In this document: piece by piece, positions 1 to 12,337 of the stretch
Layout of the letters: each line of letters begins with the position of its first letter
Position numbering within the stretch: the stretch's first letter is position 1
NCBI GenBank assembly: GCA_964016885.1
Contig: OZ024746.1
Location: 12,400,001 to 12,464,000, forward strand
Direction: 5' to 3'
Length of the DNA stretch: 64,000 nucleotides
DNA from: Eledone cirrhosa
Taxonomy: Eukaryota
The notes under the pieces: generated by a model
Database searches by the model: none
Told to the model about the DNA's origin: nothing
The model's input: only the letters and a program-made list of their open reading frames with translations
Translations under genes and position numbers: made by a program

Positions 1-425
1 ACCGATAGATAGTATTAGCAATTGGAAAGACCAACGGAAACATTGTTTCCTCGGTCCGATTTGACGAAAGTCGATCTTTCCTAATACGTCTTCAATTTTT
101 ATTAGATATCCTGGTGTCATTTTATAAGATGGAGTTACCAAGCTTCATATAACTTAGGATATCATACAAGTATAATCATGCAATGGCATGGAAATAATTA
201 AAAACGGTAACAGTCTTACAAAGGAAATATTTTACGCTATCTTGGAGGTGAGACAGAGTGAGAGTGACGGGGTCGTAGAGAAGGGGGCTGGTTAGATGGC
301 CTATGGTCGAATTAATGTTGTTACTCTTTAGTAAGAACACTCACTATTTAGTCTTAATAAAAGGAATGTTAAAACCCTACTTCGGTATTGAATACTCTTT
401 TTTCTCAGCCATCCACCATATACGG

Positions 426-509
<84 letters not shown>

Positions 510-1449
510 GTGTGTGTGTGTTTAGAGAGAAATATATATATATATATATATATGGAGAGAAAGAGATAGAGAGTGAGAGAGCGAGAGAGATAACGGAGTA
601 GATTCCCTTGGCCTATATCTTCCATATATGACGTTAGCAGATCTATTTTAGTTTTAATTATAGTTATTTTGGGGTATGTCTCTATTTTTGAGATAACGTG
701 TCTCTATTTACATAGCATGTACTGGTATGTTTATATCTAGATAATACAGGTTAGTGATAACTACAAGTTAATTGATTAATTATGGAGGTTTCCTGCTCCA
801 TTTTTCTGATGGACAAACATTACATTTAATCACTTTCAATGGAAAGCAATATTCATTTTAAAAATATCATAATTATCCTTAAAACTGATTGTAATGTAAA
901 TGCATCTTGAGAAACGGTGCTTTTCTTCAGTTACATAATATTAAGAGGATGAGAGATAGAAGTTTTCTGGGATAAGATATTGGTACATCACAGGCAGTTT
1001 CTGAGGATAGTGTTGTTCTATATTAGTGAAGCAATGTAGAATATAGTATTTCAGACATAATTTGATAGACTACGGTTTACCACCTATACAATATACACCA
1101 TTACGTTTTCACATTTCTACCTTTATTATTTACAGAATAGGCTGATCTTGTGTCAATGTTAGAAAGGATTATTTACAGAGAAGAGGGTCGTAGATTATCA
1201 GAATCGTTAGAATATCGAACAAAATACTTTACAGTATTTGTTCCGGCTCTTTACATTCTGAGTTAATAACTCTGAAACTAACTTTATGAAATGTTCATAT
1301 TGAACATATCACTTTCATGTTGTTATTGGTGTTTAGCTTTGTTTAGATCTTCCCAGATAAACTATATCCTAAACAACCTATATTTCCTTATAAAGTATTT
1401 AATGTACATTATAACGACCTGAATGAGAATTTTTTCAAACAATAATACT

Positions 1450-2530
1450 TGATTGCCCAAATCAATTTTTGCTCAATTGGAAAATAACTGACAAAATAGT
1501 TATTAATCGCTGCAGCAATTTTCACGGTGCCGTTTGCTGCGAATATGTTGAGAATGATTTCAACGGAATTGATTGAATAGGTTCTAACGGAAAGTACAAC
1601 ATTTTTGAAATAGTTGAAAATATGAGCTTGGTAGGATGTGTCTGTATCGGTGGGTATTTAATGGAGAGAAATGTGACACAACGAAAGGCTTCTTTGTGCC
1701 AGCCACAGATCTGGTCAATAGCCTTAAGCAGGTTATCTTAGGGAAATATCTCTATCTTTTCTTCCATTCTGTAAATTTGTCATCGACTGATGTAATTTTT
1801 AGCTTCCAAGATTTCGTCCTCCAAACTGTAATTTGTCTCTGAATCTGTCTAGCCGTCGCTCAAAACTCACTAAACCACTAATTTAAATGTGATGATATAT
1901 TCTTCACCAAGGAGAGTCTTTGTACTTCCAACCAACAGTCTATCTCGATTTTTGACGACAATAATGTCAATCTGTTTTGTTCACCTGATTGGTCGGTGAT
2001 AAAGTTGTTTCCTGAAGTTCATTGGGTGATTAGCATAATATGACAACAGGAGACTTGACCCCCCCCCCCCCTCGTTTCCCGTGCCGATAGTTTGGATGCA
2101 CATAAAATCCATTGTAGTATTGCCTAACGAGTCCATAAACATTACCAGCCATGGCAATCAAATCGCTGTGGTTTGTTATAAAGCTACTCAGCTAGAGAGC
2201 TGACATAACGACGCTATTTCTACTAGCTCTGCTAATAGTTGGATGTAGAGATATATGTCGTTGTTGTTTTGGCTATGACTAACAGAAGCTTAATTACTCT
2301 ATCACATACTTTGATTACCTCAAATGAATTATCTATCCACATCTCTTCTAACAGTGTACCATCTGTACCACCCTCATCACTATTATCCACTCAGAAGCCT
2401 TTATACATTAGTTTCTTGCTCATGAGGAATCTAGCTAGGGCTCCATCCCATCTACCTTGCCTCTTGAATACAATACACATCCACTCCCCTTGGCTTCAAT
2501 ATTTCTACAATCTCGCTTGACTTAGCTTTC
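1450..2530 (-). mobile_element. Degenerate RTE-clade LINE, APE endonuclease region
   Basis: Minus-strand translation with stops and frameshifts gives EIVEILKPRGVDVYCIQEARW..., IKVCDRVIKL and KQIDIIVVKNRDRLLVGSTKTLLGEE, which resemble RTE endonuclease motifs (DICCIQEVRW, SQIDYILV). Confidence 0.65.
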
Positions 2531-3139
2531 ACCTGTGACGTGCAGAGGTTTAGTGATGCCCGGGTCCAACTCCTTCATTGTATGCTCCTAAACCACAACT
2601 ACAGGGCTTAGTACTGAGAAATATGAGCAACGAAGATATTTTAAATATTTAAAACATATGATACATAAAAATAAACATTTCATTCCAATTACTTTAAAAT
2701 CAGCCACATTTATTAAGTACAGTTTCCAAAATGGGATTTGCTGTAAACGTCGCGTTCACGAACGCATCTTCGCATTAAAAGCGAACACAGTGTAGATGGT
2801 TTCGTTTTAATACTGAGTGAAACTGACACTTGCAATGCGTCAAATATGAGTAATTTCAAACTGTAATGTTATTATATGTCAGTCATATATGAAGGAGTCA
2901 AACAGTGAGTAATGATATCACAATGTTTCACATATTGTCTATCATTTCATATAAGTGTATAAAAACAAACTAATGTTACAGGCTCAATTTGTTCTATGAT
3001 GAAATTTGGGAATTTCCAACTAAAAGTGTGGATGTCAGAGAGAGAGCAGTTTTTTAATGACAGCAGGAAGTCAAGGTCTGTTGTAGATAAACTAATAACG
3101 ACAGAAAGTTTAATGACTAGATCTGTTGCACATAAATTA

Positions 3140-3845
3140 ATAATTGTTTCTAGTTTTTGGCACAAGGCCAGCAATTACCCAGTACATTACTGGTACTTTA
3201 TTTTATCGACCCCGTAAGGATGAAAGGCAAAGTTAACCTCGGTGGGATTTGAACTCAGAATGGCAAGGGCCGTAACTCTATGCGTCAAAGCATGGCGTCC
3301 GACCCTCTACCGACACTGCCAATCCGCAATAATGACAGGGAGTTTAATGTCCAGATCTGTTGTACAAAAATTAATAATTGCAGGAAGTTTAGAGTCTATG
3401 TTTTAAATATCAATTAATAATTGTTTCTACTTTAGGTACAAGGCCAGTAATTACCCAGTGCATTACTGGTACTTTTATTTTATCGACCCCGTAAGGATGA
3501 AAGGCAAAGTCAACCTCGGCGGGATTTGAACTCAGATCGTAAAGGGACGTAACTATGCTGGAAAGCATGGCGTCCGACCCTCTACCGATACTGCTATGGC
3601 AGGCCTTACCAGAAGTAGCTGTTGTTCAGTTGGAACATTTGTAGGAAAGACGTTTGTAGGGTTTAGTGCAAGCTCCACCAGAAGACCCCACAATGCACAA
3701 ATATTTAAAAGGCATATACGTCTTCAGTGAAGGTGTGTGGCTGAGTGGTTAGAGAATTGGATTGGCAATCGTGAGGTTGTGAGTTCGATTCCTGGACCAG
3801 GCGATGCGTTATGTCCTTGAGCAAGAGACTTTATTTCATGTTGTT
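3140..3845. mobile_element. Cluster of octopus-type SINE copies
   Basis: Repeated unit ggcacaaggccagcaattacccagtgcattactggtactttattttatcgaccccgtaaggatgaaaggcaaagttaacctcgg.gggatttgaactc at 3140-3328 and 3415-3595. A tRNA-like head (tggctgagtggttag...gagttcgattcc) lies at 3730-3845. Confidence 0.8.
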
Positions 3846-4290
3846 CCTTCTACCTGGAGTTGCGACCGATAGATAGTATTAGCAATTGGAAAGACCAACG
3901 GAAACATTGTTTCCTCGGTCCGATTTGACGAAAGTCGATCTTTCCTAATACGTCTTCAATTTTTATTAGATATCCTGGTGTCATTTTATAAGATGGAGTT
4001 ACCAAGCTTCATATAACTTAGGATATCATACAAGTATAATCATGCAATGGCATGGAAATAATTAAAAACGGTAACAGTCTTACAAAGGAAATATTTTACG
4101 CTATCTTGGAGGTGAGACAGAGTGAGAGTGACGGGGTCGTAGAGAAGGGGGCTGGTTAGATGGCCTATGGTCGAATTAATGTTGTTACTCTTTAGTAAGA
4201 ACACTCACTATTTAGTCTTAATAAAAGGAATGTTAAAACTCTACTTCGGTATTGAATACTCTTTTTTCTCAGCCATCCACCATATACGGA

Positions 4291-4332
<42 letters not shown>

Positions 4333-4414
4333 GTAATAATAATAAATTTGAAGACTAAAATCCAAAGAGGGCTCGATAAGGATAATATATATCAAATATA
4401 TAAGAACCGTAGAA

Positions 4415-4470
<56 letters not shown>

Positions 4471-4494
4471 GTGTATGTGTGTTTAGAGAGAGAG

Positions 4495-4611
<117 letters not shown>

Positions 4612-5074
4612 GAGAGAGAGAGAGTGAGAGAGCGAGAGAGAGATAACGGAGTAGATTCCCTTGGCCTATATCTTCCATATATGACGTTAGCAGATCTATT
4701 TTAGTTTTAAATATAGATATTTTGGGGTATGTCTCTATTTTTGAGATAACGTGTCTCTATTTACATAGCATGTACTGGTATGTTTATATCTAGATAATAC
4801 AGGTTAGTGATAACTACAAGTTAATTGATTAATTATGGAGGTTTCCTGCTCCATTTTTCTGATGGACAAACATTACATTTAATCACTTTCAATGGAAAGC
4901 AATATTCATTTTAAAAATATCATAATTATCCTTAAAACTGATTGTAATGTAAATGCATCTTGAGAAACGGTGCTTTTCTTCAGTTGCATAATATTAAGAG
5001 GATGAGAGATAGAAGTTTTCTGGGATAAGATATTGGTAAATCACAGGCAGTTTCTGAGGATATTAGGGAAGCAA

Positions 5075-5668
5075 TCTCTCTATATAAAGTTGTAGTTCCT
5101 CTCTGTTTGTTTGTTTGTTCACGAACTCCTCCTATAGTTTTGGCGATAGACCCCCATAACCATATATATTCTGAAACTACATTGTCCAGGGTACTTGGAT
5201 AAGTATATTTCATTTTAAACAAAGGGTTTCCCGGAGGCACAAAACCCTGCTGAAAATGTTTTCCGTTCGATTTATATGAAATTTAAACCATAGGTAAATG
5301 ACAAGCTATGATGCCTATTCACAAAATTTCAGCAAATTTCAATAATATTAAGACACCCTAGTGAAAACTTTGGAAGCCCAAATAAAATAATGCTTTACAC
5401 AAAAATGAAATGATCAAGTTTTGAATTGATATTTTGAAAAAAATTATTTACAAGAAACAAAATAAGAATAAGATTTAATAATGTAATTTTGATTTGATAT
5501 ATTACAAAAAATAACGTTTTCCAATTTTTTTATACATTACATTTTACATTGAGTAATATTGAAATGCAGAGTTTTTCTCCATAAATTATATCACTGATTT
5601 AAAATCAATCATCATTTTCTTACAAAAAAAATGTGCGAAACGCAGCAAGGCGCGGGTAATTCGGCTAG
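5075..5668 (+). mobile_element. Non-autonomous Helitron, 594 bp
   Basis: Starts TC(TCTCTATATAAAG), ends in a GC-rich subterminal tract plus CTAG, and sits between A and T with no TSD. The empty site gaagcaA|Tgtagaat is at 1034/1035 in the other duplicate copy. Confidence 0.88.
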
Positions 5669-6469
5669 TGTAGAATATAGTATTTCAGACATAATTTGGT
5701 AGACTAGGGTTTACAACAGAAGCTTAATTACTCTACCACATACTTTGATTACTTCAAATAATTTATCTATCCGCATATAACCGGGCAACACAGACTGATG
5801 AATGGTGAGGGCATGAGGCATGTTTTCACTGCTTGACTAAGGCACATTCCATGTTCTTTTCTATCTTTGTACATAGACTGACTTCAACGACCCACCGGGT
5901 ATGGTCACTCTACCTCAGACTTATTTTATGGACCGAATCCGAATGCAGACTAAATACTTCAGGTAGTTTCACCAAATATCCTCCTTCAACAACTTTCAAC
6001 AACCTTCAACATAGAGATAAGTGAATATAACAAAATTTTACTGCTTAGCTAAGACACGTTTCGTTTCCGTTTCAATCTTTGAGCCGCAGCTATGGCTTCA
6101 GTCTTTCGCAACATTTCTTCACCCAGTCCAGCGACTCTGGCTGACTGGCCATTGTCCAGATGCCTATATGGCGACTCTGCCTCCGTATATGATATAATGT
6201 TTAATTAATGTTTTATTGTGTATTTTGGTAGTAATGATAGAACTGGTAGAGCTTCCGACAAAATACTTTCAGGTATTTAGTTACGACTTTTTACGTTCTG
6301 AGTTCAAATGCCACCGATGTCAATTTTGTCTTTCATCTTTCCGGGGTCGATAAAATAAAGTAACAGTTTAATACTGGGATTGATTTAATCAACTTTGACC
6401 CTCCCACCAAAAAAAAAAAAAAAAAAAAAAAATTGCTGGTTTGTGTATGAATTAGAAACCAATATTGTA

Positions 6470-7245
6470 ACAGCAATGGATATCTTGATAGAAGCGCTCG
6501 CCATGTTCATCACTCGCGTCTCCAAGATTAGCAAGAAATTCATCGAGATGGCTCTTGAAGAAATGAATCTTTATGCTTATGTTGCAGCCTAAAAGGTGAA
6601 AGCTAGCAAGCAATATCTCCACCAAATCCTTGTAGTTTGCAGCCTTTTTGCTGCTCCAAAATCCTTTCACAACAGACAGAAATGAATCCATGCTCTTTTT
6701 TCTACGTCAGTCATCGAGCAAGAGAAGTTTTGGTATTTCATTAACTTTGTGCTTTATGTACATATGAATTTGAAACAGTGTCCACATTAAGAGCATTGAC
6801 AAACTGCTTCATTAGTCCTAGTTTAATATGAAGGGCTGGGAAGATGATTTTATCTCGCCCAACAAGTGGTTGGTGTTTGATATTCTTCTCCCCAACAGTC
6901 AAACTTTTTTCAAATTGGCCAGTACTACTGTTCCCTATTTTTGTCTTTCACTCAGCTATCTCATAAACATAGGAAACACTGGTATTTTGTATACCCTCTT
7001 TGTTGGCCAAGCAAAAAGTTGACCATTTTCAGATCCACATATATGTCTCATTTGTGTTCATCATATTTGAGTAAATCTAATAGAGTTTTTATGTTTTCAT
7101 GCTTCTGTTTTAAGTACATAGAACGACCAATAGGAATTGCACCTAACAAGACTCTTCTTTGAACTAGCTATAAAGAGTCTCCATTCATGAGGATCATACT
7201 GTAGAGCACCCATTGCTTTTAACAGCCCTGCCATGTCACAACGTG
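6470..7245 (-). mobile_element. Degenerate CMC/Chapaev3-like transposase fragment
   Basis: ORF 6452-6691 contains LGCNISIKIHFFKSHLDEFLANLGDASDEHGERFYQDI, matching the recalled Chapaev3 C-terminal motif (MSLKIHFLHSHLDFFP.NLG.VSDEHGERFHQDI). Upstream frames are broken. Confidence 0.7.
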
Positions 7246-7930
7246 ATAGAAACAAGTATTGATATTTTTAATTGACTATTTATTTTAAGTTTTGTTTTGT
7301 TTTTGTTTTCTTTCTCACTATTTTTTATGATTTCATGAAGATACTAAATGAAGATACCATAACATGGCATCAGCATACTGATGAAGAAAAAGGAAAAAAG
7401 AATAAACGTTGTTTTAATTTTACAGTATCTATATAAAGCCCTAGGGGGGGTTATTGTTCGAGTTGAAGTAGAAAGACACACCGTGGAGTTAGGAATATTA
7501 TGAGACAAATAAATGGTACCCTTGTTACTGTATTTGCCGATAAATATACGATAACAACGATAACTGTATGATGACGATGAGAATGTTAACCCTTTTGTTA
7601 CTAATTTTGAAATTAAAGACACTGTCTATAAATTCGAAATAGTTTCGAAAATAATTTCGAAGGCTTCAGTAACATAACCAACTTTCTTGTGGTTAAGAAG
7701 TTGTTTGGAATATAATTTAAGCAAGGTTCTTATAGAGAATTATGATGGAAAATCTTTAGATAAAAATAAACGCTTTAACGTATCAAAAGGGTTAATTAGG
7801 ATATGATGAAGAGGATATGAGGGATAAAGATGGCGATGATTATGGGGACAAAGGGAGATCATTTCTTACAAATCTGACTCTTGCCAGAGATTATGGCTAG
7901 AGAAAAATACTTCGCAGGAGGGGGCGTATG

Positions 7931-7976
<46 letters not shown>

Positions 7977-7977
<1 letters not shown>

Positions 7978-10695
7978 CATTATCTATAAAAGGCAGATTT
8001 TTGTGTCTGTATGTATGTTTCAATTTTATACATTTACACAATTCCAAAAATATTGAATGAATAATTAAGCAGAATGTTTACAAATATTCTAACTTGGGTC
8101 ATGGGCGAACTTATTGGTTTAAAAAATGACACAATTACGGAAAAATCGATTTATTTCAACAATCGATGATTTCTCCTCTCTCATATGATATACGTTTCCT
8201 ATATCTACTCCCTTCATCACCTCCTCTTAAAATTGCTACCTTTTCTTATAAGTGTTTGTGAAAAAGAGAAACATTGAAAAAAAACATATACACACATATA
8301 TGTGGGTGCATACACACACATATATGTTGGTATGGTTACGATTGACGTCATAGAAACAGGAACGCGGGAATTTCAATCAATCAACGCATACATACATACA
8401 TATACACACATAGATACATATACACACATACATACAAATACCTGTCACTTAATTTACACACACATCGGCCTTACACTTTCAAACTAAATTTTTCTGTAGA
8501 AGTAACTTTAACCCTTTATTTTCGACATAAAAATACACACATACATACAAATACCTGTAAATTTTTTTGGGGGGGCCTTTCTTATCAATCTTTTTACATT
8601 CAATTATCAGCCTTATACTTTCAAAGTCAATTTTTATGTTGAAGTAACTTTCAACCTTTAATACATACATACATACATACATACATACATACAAATACCT
8701 GTCACTTAATTTACACACACATCGGCCTTACACTTTCATACACACATACATACATATACACACATACATACAAATACCTGTCACTTAATTTACACACACA
8801 TCGGCCTTACACTTTCAAACTATATTTTTCTGTAGAAGTAACTTTAACCCTTTCTTTTCGACATAAAAAAATTTTTTGGGGGGGGGGGGGGGGCTTTCTT
8901 CTCAATCTTTTTACATTCAATTATCAGCCTTATACTTTCAAAGTCAATTTTTATGTTGAAGTAACTTTCACCCTTTATTTTTCGATACCCATTTACTTAC
9001 TAACATTTGTATCACAACAACAATAACAATATTCATAAACAGACAGTAGACTTTCAAAGTCAATTTTTCTGTAGAAGTAACTTTCACCCTTTCTTTTGGA
9101 CATAAAATGCCACCTAAAAAGAGAAGTCGCCTCAGTCCACATACCGCGTCAGCAGTGGCGCAAAAGGCTACTATAGCAAACGAGTCCTCTGAGGAAAATG
9201 CTTCAAGACTTTCACAGACAGCCTTACGTTCAGCAGAATGTGGAGCCGCTGAAAGTTTCCAACAGCGCACCGCACGCCTAGCCAAAATGGCTTCATACCA
9301 GGCTTCTTCCAAGGCTTCAGAGAGCCGTGAACAAAGGTCGAAGCGCCTGGTTAGAAACGCTGCGACTAATGCTGCTTCCAGGTCTTTGAAACGTTTAAAA
9401 CAACGGACGGCTCGCCTTCCTACGAACGCTGCGGCTATGACTACTTCCATGGCTTCTGAAGATGAAGACGGGCGGTCCATTAGCATTGCAAATGTTGCTT
9501 CTGCTATTGCTGCCAGACCTTCCCACCAACCAGACGACCAATGTTCTACGTTCAAGCGTAACAGTCGACGGCGAGAAGCTGCACGCGGTGTGACGAGCCC
9601 CAACAGCCCTTACTGGCACCTACGGGCTTTCAAGTATGAGCAAAACGTTAATTACTCGATGCGCTCTGACATAAATATAGGCGAGATGCGCTTCAATTGC
9701 CAATTCTGCAATGCTACAAAGTGGGCTGGGGAGCCACCTGCAATGTGCTGCTTAAATGGTAAGGTCACCTTGCCCCCTCTTCCGGAACCGCCAGAGCCTT
9801 TGAAGGAACTACTGACTGGTTATACCTCAAGGTAAAAAAATAAAAAAAACCCTGATCCCCCCAATAAAAAACGCTCCTGGGGGTACCGGAAAAACTTTTG
9901 TAACGAATTTGATTCTCGCTAAGATTCGTCAGGAGAAAAAAGTTGCGTTGTCCGTTGCATTGTCCGGGATCGCTGCTACTTTGCTGCCGGGAGGCAGGAC
10001 AGCACATTCAACCTTTAAACTCCCTTTGGATTTAATAAAAACTGAGACACCAACATGCAATATCAGCAAGAGTTCACACGAAGCTCTGGTTCTCAAAAGA
10101 TGTTGCCTCATTGTTTGGGATGAGTGCACAATGGCACACAAGGGTGCCCTTGAGGCATTGGACAGGGCCCGGAAAGACATTAGGGATTCTACGGCTCCTA
10201 TGGGTGGCGTAACCCTTCTGCTATCAGGGGATTTTCGGAAAACGCTGCCTGTCATCCCCAAATGGACAAGAGCTGATGAAGTGCGTGCCTGTCTTAAGTC
10301 GTCCATGTTGTGGCTCCAGGTGAATAGTTTGTACATGAGCACAAATATGCGTGCTCATTTGCATGGTGACAACATGTCTGCAGCACAGAACATTTTAGCA
10401 CTTGGTGAGGGCAAGATCCCTGCAGATGACAAGGGCGGCATAGCAATCGACACCCTGTGCAACATTCTGAGCAGCCCTTCTGATCTTTGGGAAGCAGTTT
10501 TTCCTAATGTCTCATGTAACTTTAAAAACCTCGATTGGCTCAGCGAAAGAGCCATCCTTGCTCCGAAAAATACCATGGTTAATTTTATTAACGAGCAACT
10601 GATTGAGAAGATTCCCGGTAAATAGCACATCTTCAAATCAGACCCCGACGATATCGTTAATTATCCGGTTGAGTTATTAAATCTCCTTGATTCGG
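7977..10695 (+). mobile_element. Helitron copy 1, internally deleted and 3'-truncated RepHel
   Basis: 5' TC-type start after (TA)n, with internal tandem repeats at 8440-9100. ORF 9107-9835 has a Helitron N-terminus with CQFCNATKWAGEPPAMCCLNGKVTLP. It then joins directly to the Pif1 helicase (APGGTGKT at ~9870; SGIAATLLPGGRTAHSTFKLP, IVWDECTM, LLSGDFRKTLPV) in ORF 9909-10625. Confidence 0.88.
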
Positions 10696-10909
10696 TAAAG
10701 GTAACCATAGTGAGTACAGTGAATTTTTTGAAATTTATATGTACTGGGTTATTGCTGGCCTTGTGCCAAAATTAGAAACAATTATTAGAAACATTGCTTC
10801 ATTTTTACATATCTAAGCATTAGTAAAATAACTAATAATTTCAAAAGTAATTTTTCAATTCCAATTGTTATGAACAGCAAGACATTAATAATAATTTTGT
10901 TCTAAGAAA

Positions 10910-11113
10910 TATATATACATTTCTGTGTGTGTAATATATATATACACACACAGAAATATATATACATTTCTGTGTGTGTAATATATATATACACACAGAA
11001 ATATATATACATTTCTGTGTGTGTAATATATATATATACACACAGAAATATATATACATTTCTGTGTGTGTAATATATATACACACAGAAATATATATAC
11101 ATTTCTGTGTGTG

Positions 11114-11174
<61 letters not shown>

Positions 11175-11200
11175 GAAATATATATACATTTCTGTGTGTG

Positions 11201-11257
<57 letters not shown>

Positions 11258-11267
11258 GAAATATATG
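10910..11267. repeat. Minisatellite (cacacagaaatatatatacatttctgtgtgtgtaatata(ta)n) with self-complementary units
   Basis: About 6-7 tandem units, each containing a cacacagaaat/atttctgtgtg inverted pair. Confidence 0.85.
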
Positions 11268-11759
11268 GGCTTTTCTCTGTTTGTCTGTCTGTCCTTCCTT
11301 AAAACTCAAATGTAGGTGCTACAGAAATATTACCTTCCCCTTCCTTTCTCCACTTTGGTACTACCAAGAGAAACACTGTCGCTATAGAAACATTACCTTC
11401 CCCTCTCCACTGACTTTGGTCACTGAAGCCGAGGGAATCGCTGGTTGCTATAGAGACACCTTGCACAAGCCAGAAGTAACCAGTTCGAGGCGGTTCTGAC
11501 TTGACACCATGCCAAGGACCATTTGAAGATATATTTCCATCGTTATATCATAACGTTTATGTATCATAACGTTTATATTTCCGTCACTAATCTCTTTTTC
11601 TCCTTTTTCGTTTTAACATATATTTATTTCAAAGATTTCACCGTATAGATAACATATATATTTATACATGCATGAAAGACACACCGAGAGACGGTGAACA
11701 TGTGGTGCCGAAAACATTTTTCATCCAAATCTCAACAATATCAGTATATACACTAGATT

Positions 11760-12337
11760 TGCTAGCAGAAAACCGCCCACCAGGTGGTTTTCTGCCAGTC
11801 ATCTACTTATATATATAACCAGCAATTTCTCTGCCTGTCTGTCCGACGCGTAGAGAGAGAGTGAGAGTGAAAGAAAGAGACAGACTACAAGAGGGGGATA
11901 GCGGGAGGGAGAGAGAGAGACGCCGGAAGAGGGGAAGGAAAGCTATGTCTTGCTGTCTGCATTACGATACATATATATATACACACACACTGAGCGCGTC
12001 ATAATGACGCAATGCAGACAGCCAGACATACAGACAGATATTATAAGGGCGCAACGTTATATCTATGTATCTATCTAAAATGAAAGACTAAGAATTATAT
12101 AGAGAGAACGCTAAATCGCCTAATGCGGTCCCTAGGGCATTGAAAATTTGAAATAATCTTTGAAATAATCTTTGCTCAAAACACTCACAGGACCATAAGT
12201 ATTACATGTCTAAAGTTTGAAAATAATCGGTTGGATGGTTCTCAAGTTTTAGTGAGCTGACAGACAGACAGACAGACATTCTCTGTTTTAGATATATAGA
12301 CTAGCAGAAACCCGCCCCACGTGTGGTTTTCTGCTAG
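11760..12337. mobile_element. Short Helitron-derived segment bounded by CTAG hairpins
   Basis: ctagcagaaaacc...ggttttctgc(c/t)ag hairpins at 11762-11798 and 12301-12337. Helitron-like TCTA(TA)n...tgtctgtc starts lie on + at ~11802 and on - at 12300. Confidence 0.5.

Noticed and set aside
303-569. ORFs rich in YI, HT, CV or MYVC repeats throughout the window
   Set aside because: Translations of (TA)n, (CA)n and (TACA)n microsatellites, which lack stop codons.
3730-3800. tRNA-like sequence (also ~34335 and ~51325)
   Set aside because: These are SINE heads: A/B boxes continue into the SINE body and there is no complete cloverleaf.
8968-9603. 211-aa minus-strand ORF and other ORFs antisense to Helitron/LINE coding regions
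   Set aside because: Shadow frames of GC-richer transposon coding sequence.
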